Assembly: GCA_036830315.1 (NCBI GenBank) | Contig: DAISOU010000002.1 | Location: 45,132-109,131, forward strand | Reading direction: 5' to 3' | DNA from: Bacillota bacterium | GTDB lineage: Bacteria; Bacillota_I; Bacilli_A; RFN20; CAG-288 | DNA length: 64,000 nt | Part shown: one piece after another, positions 18,789 to 28,148 of the stretch | How positions within the stretch are numbered: the first letter of the stretch is position 1 | Layout of the letters: each line of letters begins with the position of its first letter | Program-made: the position numbers and the translations under genes | The notes under the pieces: model-generated | Database searches by the model: none | What the model saw: the letters and a program-made list of their open reading frames with translations, nothing else | What the model was told of the DNA's origin: nothing

Positions 18789-18888
18789 CTGTAATGATTA
18801 TGTACCTTATCTAAAGTCTGAGCCTTGTGAGTTTTGTTTTCAAGAACGAAAACCAATCACTGATTGGAAAACGTGATTAAACAAAATG

Positions 18889-18926
18889 AAAAAGGACATC
18901 TGCTAAACAAAGCAGATGTCCTTTTT
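18889..18926 (-). terminator. Intrinsic terminator downstream of the Big_2 lipoprotein gene
   Basis: AAAAA-GGACATCTGCT-aaacaa-AGCAGATGTCC-TTTTT: an 11-bp stem, usable in both directions. Confidence 0.85.
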
Positions 18927-18949
18927 CGGATTAATACTAAGAGATTTGT

Positions 18950-20863
18950 TTAGGCCTTAGGAGCGTTATAAGTGACGACTAAAGCAGGAATATCCCAGTT
19001 AGCACCGTTTTTGGCGATGCTGTAGGTGTAGTTTCCTAAGGTGATAGGCGCATATTCTTCAGCAACACTGGTTTTCAAGTCAGCAGCGTGACCGTCGCCG
19101 CTGAGGACTCCGTCTGGTCCTCCAAAGTGAACTAAGAAATCATATACTACGGTCTCACTATGAAGAGAAGCGATTGTCGATACCGGGATATTGAAAGTCC
19201 AGGTTTTGTCTTCGTTGATGGTTAAGGAAGTCAAGGCGCCGGCGACAGTATTATCGTAGCCGTTGACCCATCCCTGATGATCGACATTGTCGTTGTGCTG
19301 GAAATCATAGACTAAGCCAGTTAGTTCGCCGGCCGGATAGCCTTTGCTAGTTCCTTTGATTTGGTAGTTGACGATTGTATTTTCTTCAACAGCTGTCTGG
19401 ACTAAATTGACTGAAGTGGGAGTAATAGAGTTTGATTTTACGACATTTCCGCTGACGCAGTCATAGTTATCAGAGTTCGAGAAGAGGTTGTAATCAAGGT
19501 TATCGATAGTGACGGTGTTTTCTTCATAAGTCAGACCAAGACCAATCCAGGTAGGTCCTTTGATGCTGTTATTATAGGCATCAGTTTCTTCCTGAGTGTT
19601 TCCACTGGCCTTCAATTCATGGACAATACCCTCGGCATCATGACGATAGGTATCACCGCCTAAATGATGGACCTTTAAGTCAGTCGCATTTGTCGCATTG
19701 TTCCAGACAAAACGTCCGATATGATCAAGTCCGTCTTCGGTGATTCCTAAATCGGAATAAGAAGCCTTGATGGTCCAGGTCTTGTCGGCATTCAAGGTAG
19801 GAGTAAGGTTAGAAACTCTGGTAGAAGCCCAATCGCCGCCTCGTTTCATGAACTCAAGACCGGCTGTCGACGCAAAGGAGGCTTCGGTTTCAGCATTGAA
19901 ACCGACAGTCTCGCCTCTGACTACAACAGTGGCGACGTTATTCTCATTGACTAGGGAAGCCTTCGTGGCCTGACACTGAGTCTTTTCATAGACGGCCTTA
20001 TAGACGACGGTATCTTCGCTTTCGACATAAGCGACGATTTCCTTGTCAAAACCGCGGAAGATATAGATGCCGTTTTCATCAGTCGGTTTCTGGGGGATTT
20101 CCTCACTGAAGGCAGGTACATCATCGGCATTGATCTCATCGATGGCCTGAATGATGGAATCATCGTAGTTTACGAAGGTTACTTTATGTTTGGCAGTCAG
20201 ACTTTCAATCGTGACGGCGATAGTTTTGACGATAACCTTGTCTTCGGAATTTTTGCCGACTGAGGTGACAGTGACATTACAGGTGCCTTCTTTTACGGCA
20301 GTGATGAGTCCGGTATTGCTGACAGTGGCAATTGCGGCATCAGAAGAGGCATAGGCAACACCCTTTTCAGTAGCGTTTGCAGGTAAGACAGTGGCAGTTA
20401 TCTGTTTGGTCTCGCCTTCCTTTAAAAGAGCCTTAGAGAAGTCGACAGTCAAATCAGAAATGGCAGTGGCCTTGACTTGTACGGCGATTGTCTTGACGAC
20501 CTTGTTTCCGTCTGCCTTTTTGCCCTTGGAAGTTACAGTGATGGTAGCGGAGCCGATACTCTTTCCTTCGATGACGCCTTCATTGGTGACAGTGGCGATT
20601 TCGGCCTTGTCAGTTGAATACTCAAATCCTTTAGTGGTGGTGTTTTTAGGAGCGATGGTGGCGGTGATGGTTTTTCTTTCTCCTACTTCGAGTTCAGCCG
20701 TGGTGAAGTCGATTGAGAAGTCAGTGATGTAGACTGTGGCAGCAGAAGATGGTTTTGTGGAAGAAGTCTCATTTGTAGGGGAAGTATTGCTGGTTGTTCC
20801 TTTGGAACATCCAGTTAAGATGAGTGCAGGCAACAGAACTAAAAGCATCTTTCTAAGTTTCAT
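18950..20863 (-). CDS. Surface lipoprotein with two Big_2 domains and one Listeria-Bacteroides-type repeat
   Basis: Lipobox LILTGC. Two Big_2 copies (ELEVGERKTITATIAPKNTTTKGFEYSTDKAEIATVTNEGVIEGKSIGSATITVTS and LKEGETKQITATVLPANATEKGVAYASSDAAIATVSNTGLITAVKEGTCNVTVTS). Next comes HKVTFVNYDD...GIYIFRGFDKEI. The ~350-aa C-terminal region is unrecognised. Confidence 0.85.
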   Translation of the reverse strand: MKLRKMLLVLLPALILTGCSKGTTSNTSPTNETSSTKPSSAATVYITDFSIDFTTAELEVGERKTITATIAPKNTTTKGFEYSTDKAEIATVTNEGVIEGKSIGSATITVTSKGKKADGNKVVKTIAVQVKATAISDLTVDFSKALLKEGETKQITATVLPANATEKGVAYASSDAAIATVSNTGLITAVKEGTCNVTVTSVGKNSEDKVIVKTIAVTIESLTAKHKVTFVNYDDSIIQAIDEINADDVPAFSEEIPQKPTDENGIYIFRGFDKEIVAYVESEDTVVYKAVYEKTQCQATKASLVNENNVATVVVRGETVGFNAETEASFASTAGLEFMKRGGDWASTRVSNLTPTLNADKTWTIKASYSDLGITEDGLDHIGRFVWNNATNATDLKVHHLGGDTYRHDAEGIVHELKASGNTQEETDAYNNSIKGPTWIGLGLTYEENTVTIDNLDYNLFSNSDNYDCVSGNVVKSNSITPTSVNLVQTAVEENTIVNYQIKGTSKGYPAGELTGLVYDFQHNDNVDHQGWVNGYDNTVAGALTSLTINEDKTWTFNIPVSTIASLHSETVVYDFLVHFGGPDGVLSGDGHAADLKTSVAEEYAPITLGNYTYSIAKNGANWDIPALVVTYNAPKA

Positions 20864-20937
20864 GATTAATACCTATAAAAGCCCTTTCATTTAGCTTACA
20901 GGTATATTTAAAATCATTAATAAGTCTTCTCTTTTAG

Positions 20938-20968
20938 TTTTTCGTAAGCCTCTTAGAATATTTCGCAA
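20938..20968 (-). promoter_or_regulatory. Candidate LytTR-type operator: two direct repeats phased 21 bp apart, upstream of the 18950..20863 gene
   Basis: On the minus strand: TTGCGAAATA (20968-20959) and TTACGAAAAA (20947-20938), 21 bp start to start, ~75 nt before the ATG at 20863. Confidence 0.55.
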
Positions 20969-21271
20969 CCAAGTTAATTTTTTAGGAAATAATACGTTTT
21001 ATCCAGAATGTGAAAAGCTAAAAAATGACGATAAAAATAATCAAATTAATCAAGAAATAATCAACTGGCTTTTTCTCTATATTTCATTAGCGATAATCGA
21101 GATAATTTACCCACCGCCAAAGAATAAACGACAGGTGTTTTCTTATGTCTTTCAATCAATTATAATGCCCTTGTTTATCGCTATTTCTTTATGCTTTATA
21201 GAAAGACTGTCTTTAAGAAAGAAGAATCCTTCAATTGATTTCTTAGTCGCAAAAGCGATAAACAGCAACGG

Positions 21272-21304
21272 CTTTGCGAAATAAACCAATCACTTTGCGA
21301 AATA
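21272..21304 (+). promoter_or_regulatory. Candidate LytTR-type operator: perfect 12-bp direct repeat phased 21 bp apart, upstream of GH3-3
   Basis: CTTTGCGAAATA at 21272-21283 and again at 21293-21304. A TATATTATAA -10-like element at 21331-21340 follows ~27 nt later. The ATG is at 21366. Confidence 0.6.
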
Positions 21305-21365
21305 CTGAAAGGGCTTTTTTCCTAAGCCTTTATATTATAAAAGGAAACCAATAGGGGAGGACTAT

Positions 21366-24300
21366 ATGAAAAAAGGAAAAATCATCCAAATCGTAACGAT
21401 TGGAGCTATTGCGTCCTTGGTCGGAGTTATCAACGGTGTCTGTTTTGCTAATAGCAAGATGCTCAATAACTTCGCCTATATCAATCAGAATACGGATAAT
21501 AAGGAGACAGCTGTCAAAGGTGCCGCATTAGCAAAGAAGATCGAAGGAGAAGGCGCAGTCTTAGTCGACAATAACGGCACTCTTCCTCTTTCCAAAGATG
21601 TGACTAAAGCCAATGTCTTTGGCTGGTCTTCGACTCAGTGGGTGTATTCTGGCTCAGGAAGCGGCAGAGTCGATCATCTGGAAACAGATTTTCTTTCAGC
21701 CATGAAGGCTTACGGAATCAAGACCAATACCGACTTGACTGATTTCTACACTGACTTCCTTGGTGAACGACCGATGATGGGTAAGACTCAAAGCGGAAAT
21801 ACGGGAACGCTGAAAAGCTATGCCAGTGAGTTTTCTGTTTTATATGAACCTACTATTGAAAGCTATAGTTCTGACCTTCTTTCTGAGGCTAAGGACTTTT
21901 CCGATACGGCTTTTGTCATTATCTCCAGAGTCGCAGGTGAATCTAACGATTCTCCTAAATACCAGAGGTATTCCAATACAAAAGGCGGAAACAATAAACA
22001 GAACGACTTAGATCGAACCTACTTGGATATTTCCAAGGATGAAGAAGATCTATTGACTTACGTCACAGCCAATTACAAGAACACCATAGTCTTGGTCAAC
22101 TCTACCAATACTATGAATACGGAGTTCTTGAGCCGGTTTGATGTCGATGCCTGTATTGTCACTGGAGCTACCGGTCAAAATGGAGCTTCAGCTCTTCCTT
22201 ATATGATATACGGAGAAATCAATCCTAGCGGAAGACTCTCAGATACTTATGCCTATTCCTTAAAATCCAATCCTTCTTATTATGTTTCAGGTCCAGTTGA
22301 AAAGAATACGACTCAGAACTTTTATACCAATACGACTACTAAGGGAATTTATCCTAACGTCTCTGGCGTAAATAACGGAAATGTTTCTGATAATGCCGCT
22401 TATGAAGGCGCTCATTTCGTCGATTACTGCGAAGATATCTATTTGGGATATAAGTGGTATGAGACCGCCGATGCCGAGGGTTATTTTTCTTCTGTTGATA
22501 ACGAATACGGAAAAGGCTATGACGGCGTTGTTCAGTATCCTTTCGGATACGGAATGAGCTATACATCCTTTTCTAAAAACATTCAATCAACTTCAGTTAT
22601 CAAAGGGGAGACTTCACAAGACGATGTCATCGACATCAAAGTCAAAGTCAATAACACCGGTGAGGTAAAAGGCAAAGAGACGGTTCAGCTTTATCTTACT
22701 AAGCCCTACATAAAAGGCGGCATTGAAAAGAGCGAAGTCGAACTTGTTGATTTTAGTAAGACCTTAGAACTTCAGCCTGGTGATAATGAGTTAGTCGAAT
22801 TCAAGGTCAGACTTGCTGATTTTGCCGATTATGACGACACCAACAAAAATAACAATGGTTTCACAGGCTATGAACTGGAAAAAGGTGATTATGTCTTCAC
22901 CGTACGTGAAAACAGTCACGTAGTTTCAAAAGGCGATAACTCTTATACCTATAATCTTTCTTCTGATTTGAAGATTGAGACTGATTCGGTGACTGGTGAG
23001 AAGATTGAAAACAGACTTTTAGCGACTAGCGATGACGGTGTCAGTATTGACGGCAGTGATTCTGATCAGAACATCACCTATCTGAGCCGCGCTGATTTCA
23101 AGAATACTTATCCGACTGAAGAGGCTAATGCCAATCGTACTATGAGCGATGAATTGGTTCAGTTGAACAAAGACCAATATTCAAACAAAGTCGCTTCTGC
23201 TTTTGATGACAGACACGACTCAGATTATCAGGATGAACCGACATTCGGTGATGATAACGGACTGAAAATCTACGAAGACAAACAGGTCACTGACTTAGGT
23301 TATGAACTTGGCGCTGACTTTAACAGCGACAAGTGGAACAGCGTTTTAGATCAGGTCACTTTGGAAGAAGCCACTAATCTTTCTCTTCACGGCTACACTC
23401 ATAACGAAGCTGTCAATTCGATTGGCAAGCCCTATACCAGAGAAGTAGACGGTCCTAACCAGGCTGGGTCCTTCAATGTCTCAAGCGATGCCTTAGGTTA
23501 TCCCTGTGCCACAGTCTTAGCCCAGACTTTCAACAAGGAACTTTCTTATGAATACGGAAAGCAGTTAGGAAGCGAAGCCAAGTCTAATGGTTTTGATGGC
23601 CTCTATGCTGCCGGTATCAATATGCATCGTTCTCCTTTCTGCGGAAGAAATTACGAATACTGGTCCGAAGACAGCACCCTGACTGGAAAGATGGCCGCCA
23701 ATGAAATCAAAGGCGGATTGAATGTCGGAACCTATTTCTATATGAAACACTTCATCGCCTATGACCAGGAGACCTACCGTGACGGCTTATATACTTGGAT
23801 GACTGAGAGAAATCTCCGTCAAAACTATCTCAAACCCTTTGTCACCTGTATCAGAGAAGGCGGATTAAACGGCATCATGACTTCCTACAATCGCTTAGGT
23901 GCTACCTGGGCGGGCGGAAACTATTCTCTCATCCATGAACTTCTGGAAAAGGAGATCGGATATCAGGGAGCGATCATCACTGATTATTCCGATCATCAGG
24001 TCTTCATGAACGGCGATCAGTCTTTGCGTGCCGGCGGCAGTCTCTGGATGGACGGCTATGCCAATAACGGCAAGTATATCTATGACAAGACTTCTATCAC
24101 TTTCAAAAACTGCCTGAGAGAAGCGACCAAGAGAAACCTCTACACCTATCTCAATACTGCCTATATCAATAAGAAGTTTGTTGAAAACGGAGACTCTGAT
24201 TATCTCAATGTCCATAAACCCACTCCTTATTATTGGTGGACAACCGTCATCTATAGTCTCGATGCTCTTTCAGTTATCGGCTTAGGTCTGTGGCTGACTT

Positions 24301-24368
24301 TGCTTCTCGTCAAAAATCACAGAGAATCAAATACTCTCACTCTCGATGATACGAAAGCAGAGAAATAG
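21366..24368 (+). CDS. GH3 exo-glycosidase (GH3-3), N- and C-terminal TM anchors
   Basis: RBS GGGGAGGA. Motifs: GEGAVLVDNNGTLPL, ISRVAGESND, VQYPFGYGMSYTSF, VNNTGEVKGKETVQLY, INMHRSPFCGRNYEYWSEDSTLTG, KHFIAYDQETYR, MTSYNRLGATWAGG, GYQGAIITDY. Confidence 0.9.
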   Translation: MKKGKIIQIVTIGAIASLVGVINGVCFANSKMLNNFAYINQNTDNKETAVKGAALAKKIEGEGAVLVDNNGTLPLSKDVTKANVFGWSSTQWVYSGSGSGRVDHLETDFLSAMKAYGIKTNTDLTDFYTDFLGERPMMGKTQSGNTGTLKSYASEFSVLYEPTIESYSSDLLSEAKDFSDTAFVIISRVAGESNDSPKYQRYSNTKGGNNKQNDLDRTYLDISKDEEDLLTYVTANYKNTIVLVNSTNTMNTEFLSRFDVDACIVTGATGQNGASALPYMIYGEINPSGRLSDTYAYSLKSNPSYYVSGPVEKNTTQNFYTNTTTKGIYPNVSGVNNGNVSDNAAYEGAHFVDYCEDIYLGYKWYETADAEGYFSSVDNEYGKGYDGVVQYPFGYGMSYTSFSKNIQSTSVIKGETSQDDVIDIKVKVNNTGEVKGKETVQLYLTKPYIKGGIEKSEVELVDFSKTLELQPGDNELVEFKVRLADFADYDDTNKNNNGFTGYELEKGDYVFTVRENSHVVSKGDNSYTYNLSSDLKIETDSVTGEKIENRLLATSDDGVSIDGSDSDQNITYLSRADFKNTYPTEEANANRTMSDELVQLNKDQYSNKVASAFDDRHDSDYQDEPTFGDDNGLKIYEDKQVTDLGYELGADFNSDKWNSVLDQVTLEEATNLSLHGYTHNEAVNSIGKPYTREVDGPNQAGSFNVSSDALGYPCATVLAQTFNKELSYEYGKQLGSEAKSNGFDGLYAAGINMHRSPFCGRNYEYWSEDSTLTGKMAANEIKGGLNVGTYFYMKHFIAYDQETYRDGLYTWMTERNLRQNYLKPFVTCIREGGLNGIMTSYNRLGATWAGGNYSLIHELLEKEIGYQGAIITDYSDHQVFMNGDQSLRAGGSLWMDGYANNGKYIYDKTSITFKNCLREATKRNLYTYLNTAYINKKFVENGDSDYLNVHKPTPYYWWTTVIYSLDALSVIGLGLWLTLLLVKNHRESNTLTLDDTKAEK

Positions 24369-24389
24369 TTTGAAACAGAGGAGAAAAAC

Positions 24390-26633
24390 ATGAAAAAACA
24401 ATTGAAATCGGTGGCTTTGCTAAGTCTCGCTTTAGGACTGTCAGGCTGTGCCGGTGCTGATTTGAGTTCTTCAGGCACATCAACCTCAGCCGTTCCGGAA
24501 ATCACCTATAAAGTCACTTCAATGACTATCGAGGCTAAACAGGACTACACCTATAAAGTCGGCTTCAAACTCGATAAGGAAGTCGAAGAAGGGACGGAAT
24601 TCTATCTTTCCGATAATTCCCGCTTTGAAAAAGACGATGATAAGAAGCTTTCAATCGAAAACACCGGTAACCAGTATTCGTTTATCTATTCTGAACCGGA
24701 AACGGAATTCTATCTTTTAGTAGTCGGTGACAACACCGCTTACTGCAAACAGAACGTCATTCTGCCGACTGTCAATCCTTTGATTGTCACCAAAGACAAT
24801 AAAGATGCCATCAGTTTTGTGAAGATGCAGGATGATAAGACTATCGATCAGTATTTCGTTTCCAATTCTCTTACAGTCTATCAGTCCTCAACTGCCGCTT
24901 TGGATAAGACGACAGCAGTAAAGGTCGTTGAAAACGGCGATCTTAGCAAGACTTATGATGTCAGTTCAGTCTCCGGTGCGGACTACTATACTTTGGAGTA
25001 TAAGACCTCTTCTAAGATTACCTATACTTCCAAGACCTTTAAGAAGGATGTTCCTTTTGGAAGTGATGTCTTCACTTTCCAAGGTGTCAGTCTAAATTCG
25101 GAAGGTGACTTAGTCATCCAGGGTTTAGTAAATGAGGGAGTGAAAAAAGGAAATCTCTGCATTGTGTCTTCTTCGGATACCCATGTGGTCAGAACTGCTT
25201 TGACTATCAAAGATGACAATACTTTCACAGTGTCTTTCAATCTTTCTTATCTCGCCACTGCCGATGTCGATTATCATCTCTACTTGGAATTAGGTGCCGG
25301 TTCCTTTGTCGAAGTTCCTGATATTATCGAGAAGGATCAGTCTGTCACCTTAGCTGAGAAAGTGGTCTTCTTAAAAGAATCCGGTGAGGGACTAGTAGTC
25401 TCTTATAAGGAAAAGCAGGCGATAACTGTCTTAAACGCCAGCATGGTAAAAGACACTGACGGAATCGTCTATTTTGAAGCATCAGGTCTCTATGATGAAA
25501 CCAAAGCAAATGTAGCTTTGTCTTCTCCAAGTCTCATTATCGACAACGACCAGAATGAAGTTGTCGATAAGCAGGTCTATCCTCTGACTGTCGATGAAAC
25601 AGCTAAGTCTTTTACAGTCAAGGCTAAGCTCAGTCAGCTAACTAAGCAGGGTGCCTGGTATAACGTTAAAATCTGGCTTAACACCACTTTAGAAGGAAGT
25701 ACTCCCACCTATGAGTTTTCCCATGATGACTGCACTAATCCGGATGTTTCCCTCAAGGATGACGTAAACGACAAGAAATTCTATTTCCAGAATTATGAGA
25801 ACTTCCTGAAAATCTATTATGACGATGTCTCCGCTTCAATCACCTCCTGGAATTACGTCAAGAAGGAAGGAGTCGTATATCTGCATTTAGAAGGAAATGA
25901 TGCTTCAAGTACCGTGACTGATAACTATGTCACCGTTTATCAGGACGGTGCACAGGATGACGGCCTCCACAGAGCAAACTGCGTCAAGGGAGAAGATGAT
26001 GCCTTCACTATCGATATCCCGATATCCGATATCAGTGCCGGTGTCAAATATCAGGTTCACTGGGTACGTGGAAACAACAACAGCGAAATAACCAATAACA
26101 CTCTTCCTAAGCCCAATTCGGTCTTAGCCAGTGATGACGGCTTCATCTACTGCGTCAAAGAAGGCGAGTGGAACGGAACTCATTGGTGGAAGGTCTATAA
26201 GGATAATGATATAGCTAAGGCTAATGATCTCTCCTTTGAATTGTCTGAAAACAAACCGGTGTTCACGCTGAAGGGTGCTTTAAACTCTGAATACAAGACA
26301 AAGGACCTCTATATCAGATATGGAGTTCTTAATGAAGACTCTACCTTTACTGACAGTTTCTATAGTTCTCTTGTCTTGGATGCCAACTTGAATTTTACCT
26401 CCGCTGCTGACTTGCAGTCCATGGTCAAGACGAAGGAATATGAAGCCCGTCTAGTTGAAAAATCAGGCGATGAGTATCTGGAGCTTCCTTCAGGTGCCAA
26501 TAGCTTCTGCGGCTTCTATAACGAATACCTGAGATCTGATTTTAGTTCTTCCTCTCTGACAACTGATTCTGGGACCTATTCAGTCGATACCTATAAAGAA
26601 GGCAATTACACTCTCTATCTCACTCTTAAATAA
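24390..26633 (+). CDS. Lipoprotein of an unrecognised family (paralog of 34136..36454)
   Basis: Lipobox LGLSGC. Shares blocks with the 772-aa protein (DYTYKVGFKLDKEVEEGTEFYLSD vs DYSYDISFSLSKDLQEGDVFFFSD; FYLLVVGDN vs FYLLIVDKD; DGFIYCVKEG vs DGFMFCVKTE). No known domain recognised. Confidence 0.8.
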   Translation: MKKQLKSVALLSLALGLSGCAGADLSSSGTSTSAVPEITYKVTSMTIEAKQDYTYKVGFKLDKEVEEGTEFYLSDNSRFEKDDDKKLSIENTGNQYSFIYSEPETEFYLLVVGDNTAYCKQNVILPTVNPLIVTKDNKDAISFVKMQDDKTIDQYFVSNSLTVYQSSTAALDKTTAVKVVENGDLSKTYDVSSVSGADYYTLEYKTSSKITYTSKTFKKDVPFGSDVFTFQGVSLNSEGDLVIQGLVNEGVKKGNLCIVSSSDTHVVRTALTIKDDNTFTVSFNLSYLATADVDYHLYLELGAGSFVEVPDIIEKDQSVTLAEKVVFLKESGEGLVVSYKEKQAITVLNASMVKDTDGIVYFEASGLYDETKANVALSSPSLIIDNDQNEVVDKQVYPLTVDETAKSFTVKAKLSQLTKQGAWYNVKIWLNTTLEGSTPTYEFSHDDCTNPDVSLKDDVNDKKFYFQNYENFLKIYYDDVSASITSWNYVKKEGVVYLHLEGNDASSTVTDNYVTVYQDGAQDDGLHRANCVKGEDDAFTIDIPISDISAGVKYQVHWVRGNNNSEITNNTLPKPNSVLASDDGFIYCVKEGEWNGTHWWKVYKDNDIAKANDLSFELSENKPVFTLKGALNSEYKTKDLYIRYGVLNEDSTFTDSFYSSLVLDANLNFTSAADLQSMVKTKEYEARLVEKSGDEYLELPSGANSFCGFYNEYLRSDFSSSSLTTDSGTYSVDTYKEGNYTLYLTLK

Positions 26634-26648
26634 GAGGACGTATCCTAA

Positions 26649-28139
26649 ATGAAAAACAAAAGTTTATTACTGCTTTCATCCTTAATGCTGATATCGGTTC
26701 CGTTTTCTCTCTCCGCCTGCGATAAAAAAGAAGAGATCAGTTCTCTTTCATCAGTGGAGCAGACAGTAAAAACACTTGAAATCGCCTCCAATCCCAAGAA
26801 GACTTCCTATGTCGAAGGACAGAGGTTCTCAAAAACGGGTCTTATTCTGAAGGCGACTTTAGAAGACGGTTCTTCTATCACTCCTAAGACCAGCGATGTA
26901 GTCATCACTCCTAATCGTGCTCTACAGACTTCCGATACTAAGGTGACAGCAACTTATAGGAAGACTGAAGTCGATATTCCAATCACTGTTGCTAAACGGG
27001 TCTTAGAAAACATCGTTGTCACCGAACCCACTAATCTGAAAGTCGGAGTCGGAGATGTCTATTCCTTCTCCGACTTGATTGTCTTTGCTCACTATAACGA
27101 TGAATCTGATGATGTGGAGCTGAAAGCCTCGGAATATAAACTCTCCATTAATGACAGTGAAGTCAAAAGCTCTGATATCTGCTCGTTAGATGAAGGCTCA
27201 TATACTGTCTTAGTCTCCTATCAGAACAAGACTTCTTCGTTTATGATCTCTGTCATCAAAATGACTGTCGCCGATGTCACTTTCACAAATCCTGTCTCCT
27301 TGTCCTTTGCTAAAGGAGGAAAATACGATTTCACGGGATTTGAAGCTCATGCAACCTTTAAAGAAGAAGGCGTCAAAGCTAAAAATCTTGATTTCAATCG
27401 TCTGAAATTCACCATCGGCGAAAAAGAAATCCATCACGGAGACGTCATAGAGTCAGATGACGGAACTTACAAAGTAGATGTGACAGTACTCAATACGGAA
27501 TCAGTCTTCAATTATTCCTTTGATATCGAGATCTTCGCCGGTTATAAGATTGAGGCTGAAGACTTGTCGGTCTTAGAAGAAAGTGAAATTCTCTCTGACT
27601 CATATGTTCGAGGAAAAGCTGAGAAAAACAGCGCCGACTATATTGATTATCACACTGACACTGTCTTACCTCTCTCCAGTAGAAATGATTCTCTCAAAGC
27701 TTCGGCTGGTCAGTATCTAGGTGAGATAAGAGGGGGCTGCTATATCGAATTCAACTTTAAGAGCGAAGTATCTCAGAAAGCCTCTATCAACATCAAAGCT
27801 GCTTCGACCTGGCTTAGAAAAGACAAAGACTGGAATCCTCTTTGGATGGGGGACATTCAGCTAAACGAAGTCTTCAAGGCAACAGCCAATGAGACGGCTG
27901 TAAACATAAGTGACGAGGTGATACTAAGTGGGTCTGGCGATATTGACAATACTGAGACTGGGGTGGCGGCGTGGGACAACTTTGAATCTGTCAGCTTTGG
28001 GGAGATGGATCTTGCTGTCGGCTGGAACAAGGTTTCGATAGAGATTGAACCGGAAAGCAAATTGGCCAAATATGTCAATTCTCACGGTTCCTTCACAATT
28101 ATGAATATTGATTATCTGTTAGTCGGCTTCAAAAAATAG
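26649..28139 (+). CDS. Lipoprotein with Big_3-like Ig repeats and a C-terminal CBM6/35-like module
   Basis: Lipobox SLSAC. Repeats are of the type LEIASNPKKTSYVEGQRFSKTGLILKATLEDGS. The C-terminal module starts YKIEAEDLSVLEE. Confidence 0.8.
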   Translation: MKNKSLLLLSSLMLISVPFSLSACDKKEEISSLSSVEQTVKTLEIASNPKKTSYVEGQRFSKTGLILKATLEDGSSITPKTSDVVITPNRALQTSDTKVTATYRKTEVDIPITVAKRVLENIVVTEPTNLKVGVGDVYSFSDLIVFAHYNDESDDVELKASEYKLSINDSEVKSSDICSLDEGSYTVLVSYQNKTSSFMISVIKMTVADVTFTNPVSLSFAKGGKYDFTGFEAHATFKEEGVKAKNLDFNRLKFTIGEKEIHHGDVIESDDGTYKVDVTVLNTESVFNYSFDIEIFAGYKIEAEDLSVLEESEILSDSYVRGKAEKNSADYIDYHTDTVLPLSSRNDSLKASAGQYLGEIRGGCYIEFNFKSEVSQKASINIKAASTWLRKDKDWNPLWMGDIQLNEVFKATANETAVNISDEVILSGSGDIDNTETGVAAWDNFESVSFGEMDLAVGWNKVSIEIEPESKLAKYVNSHGSFTIMNIDYLLVGFKK

Positions 28140-28148
28140 GAGAAACAA

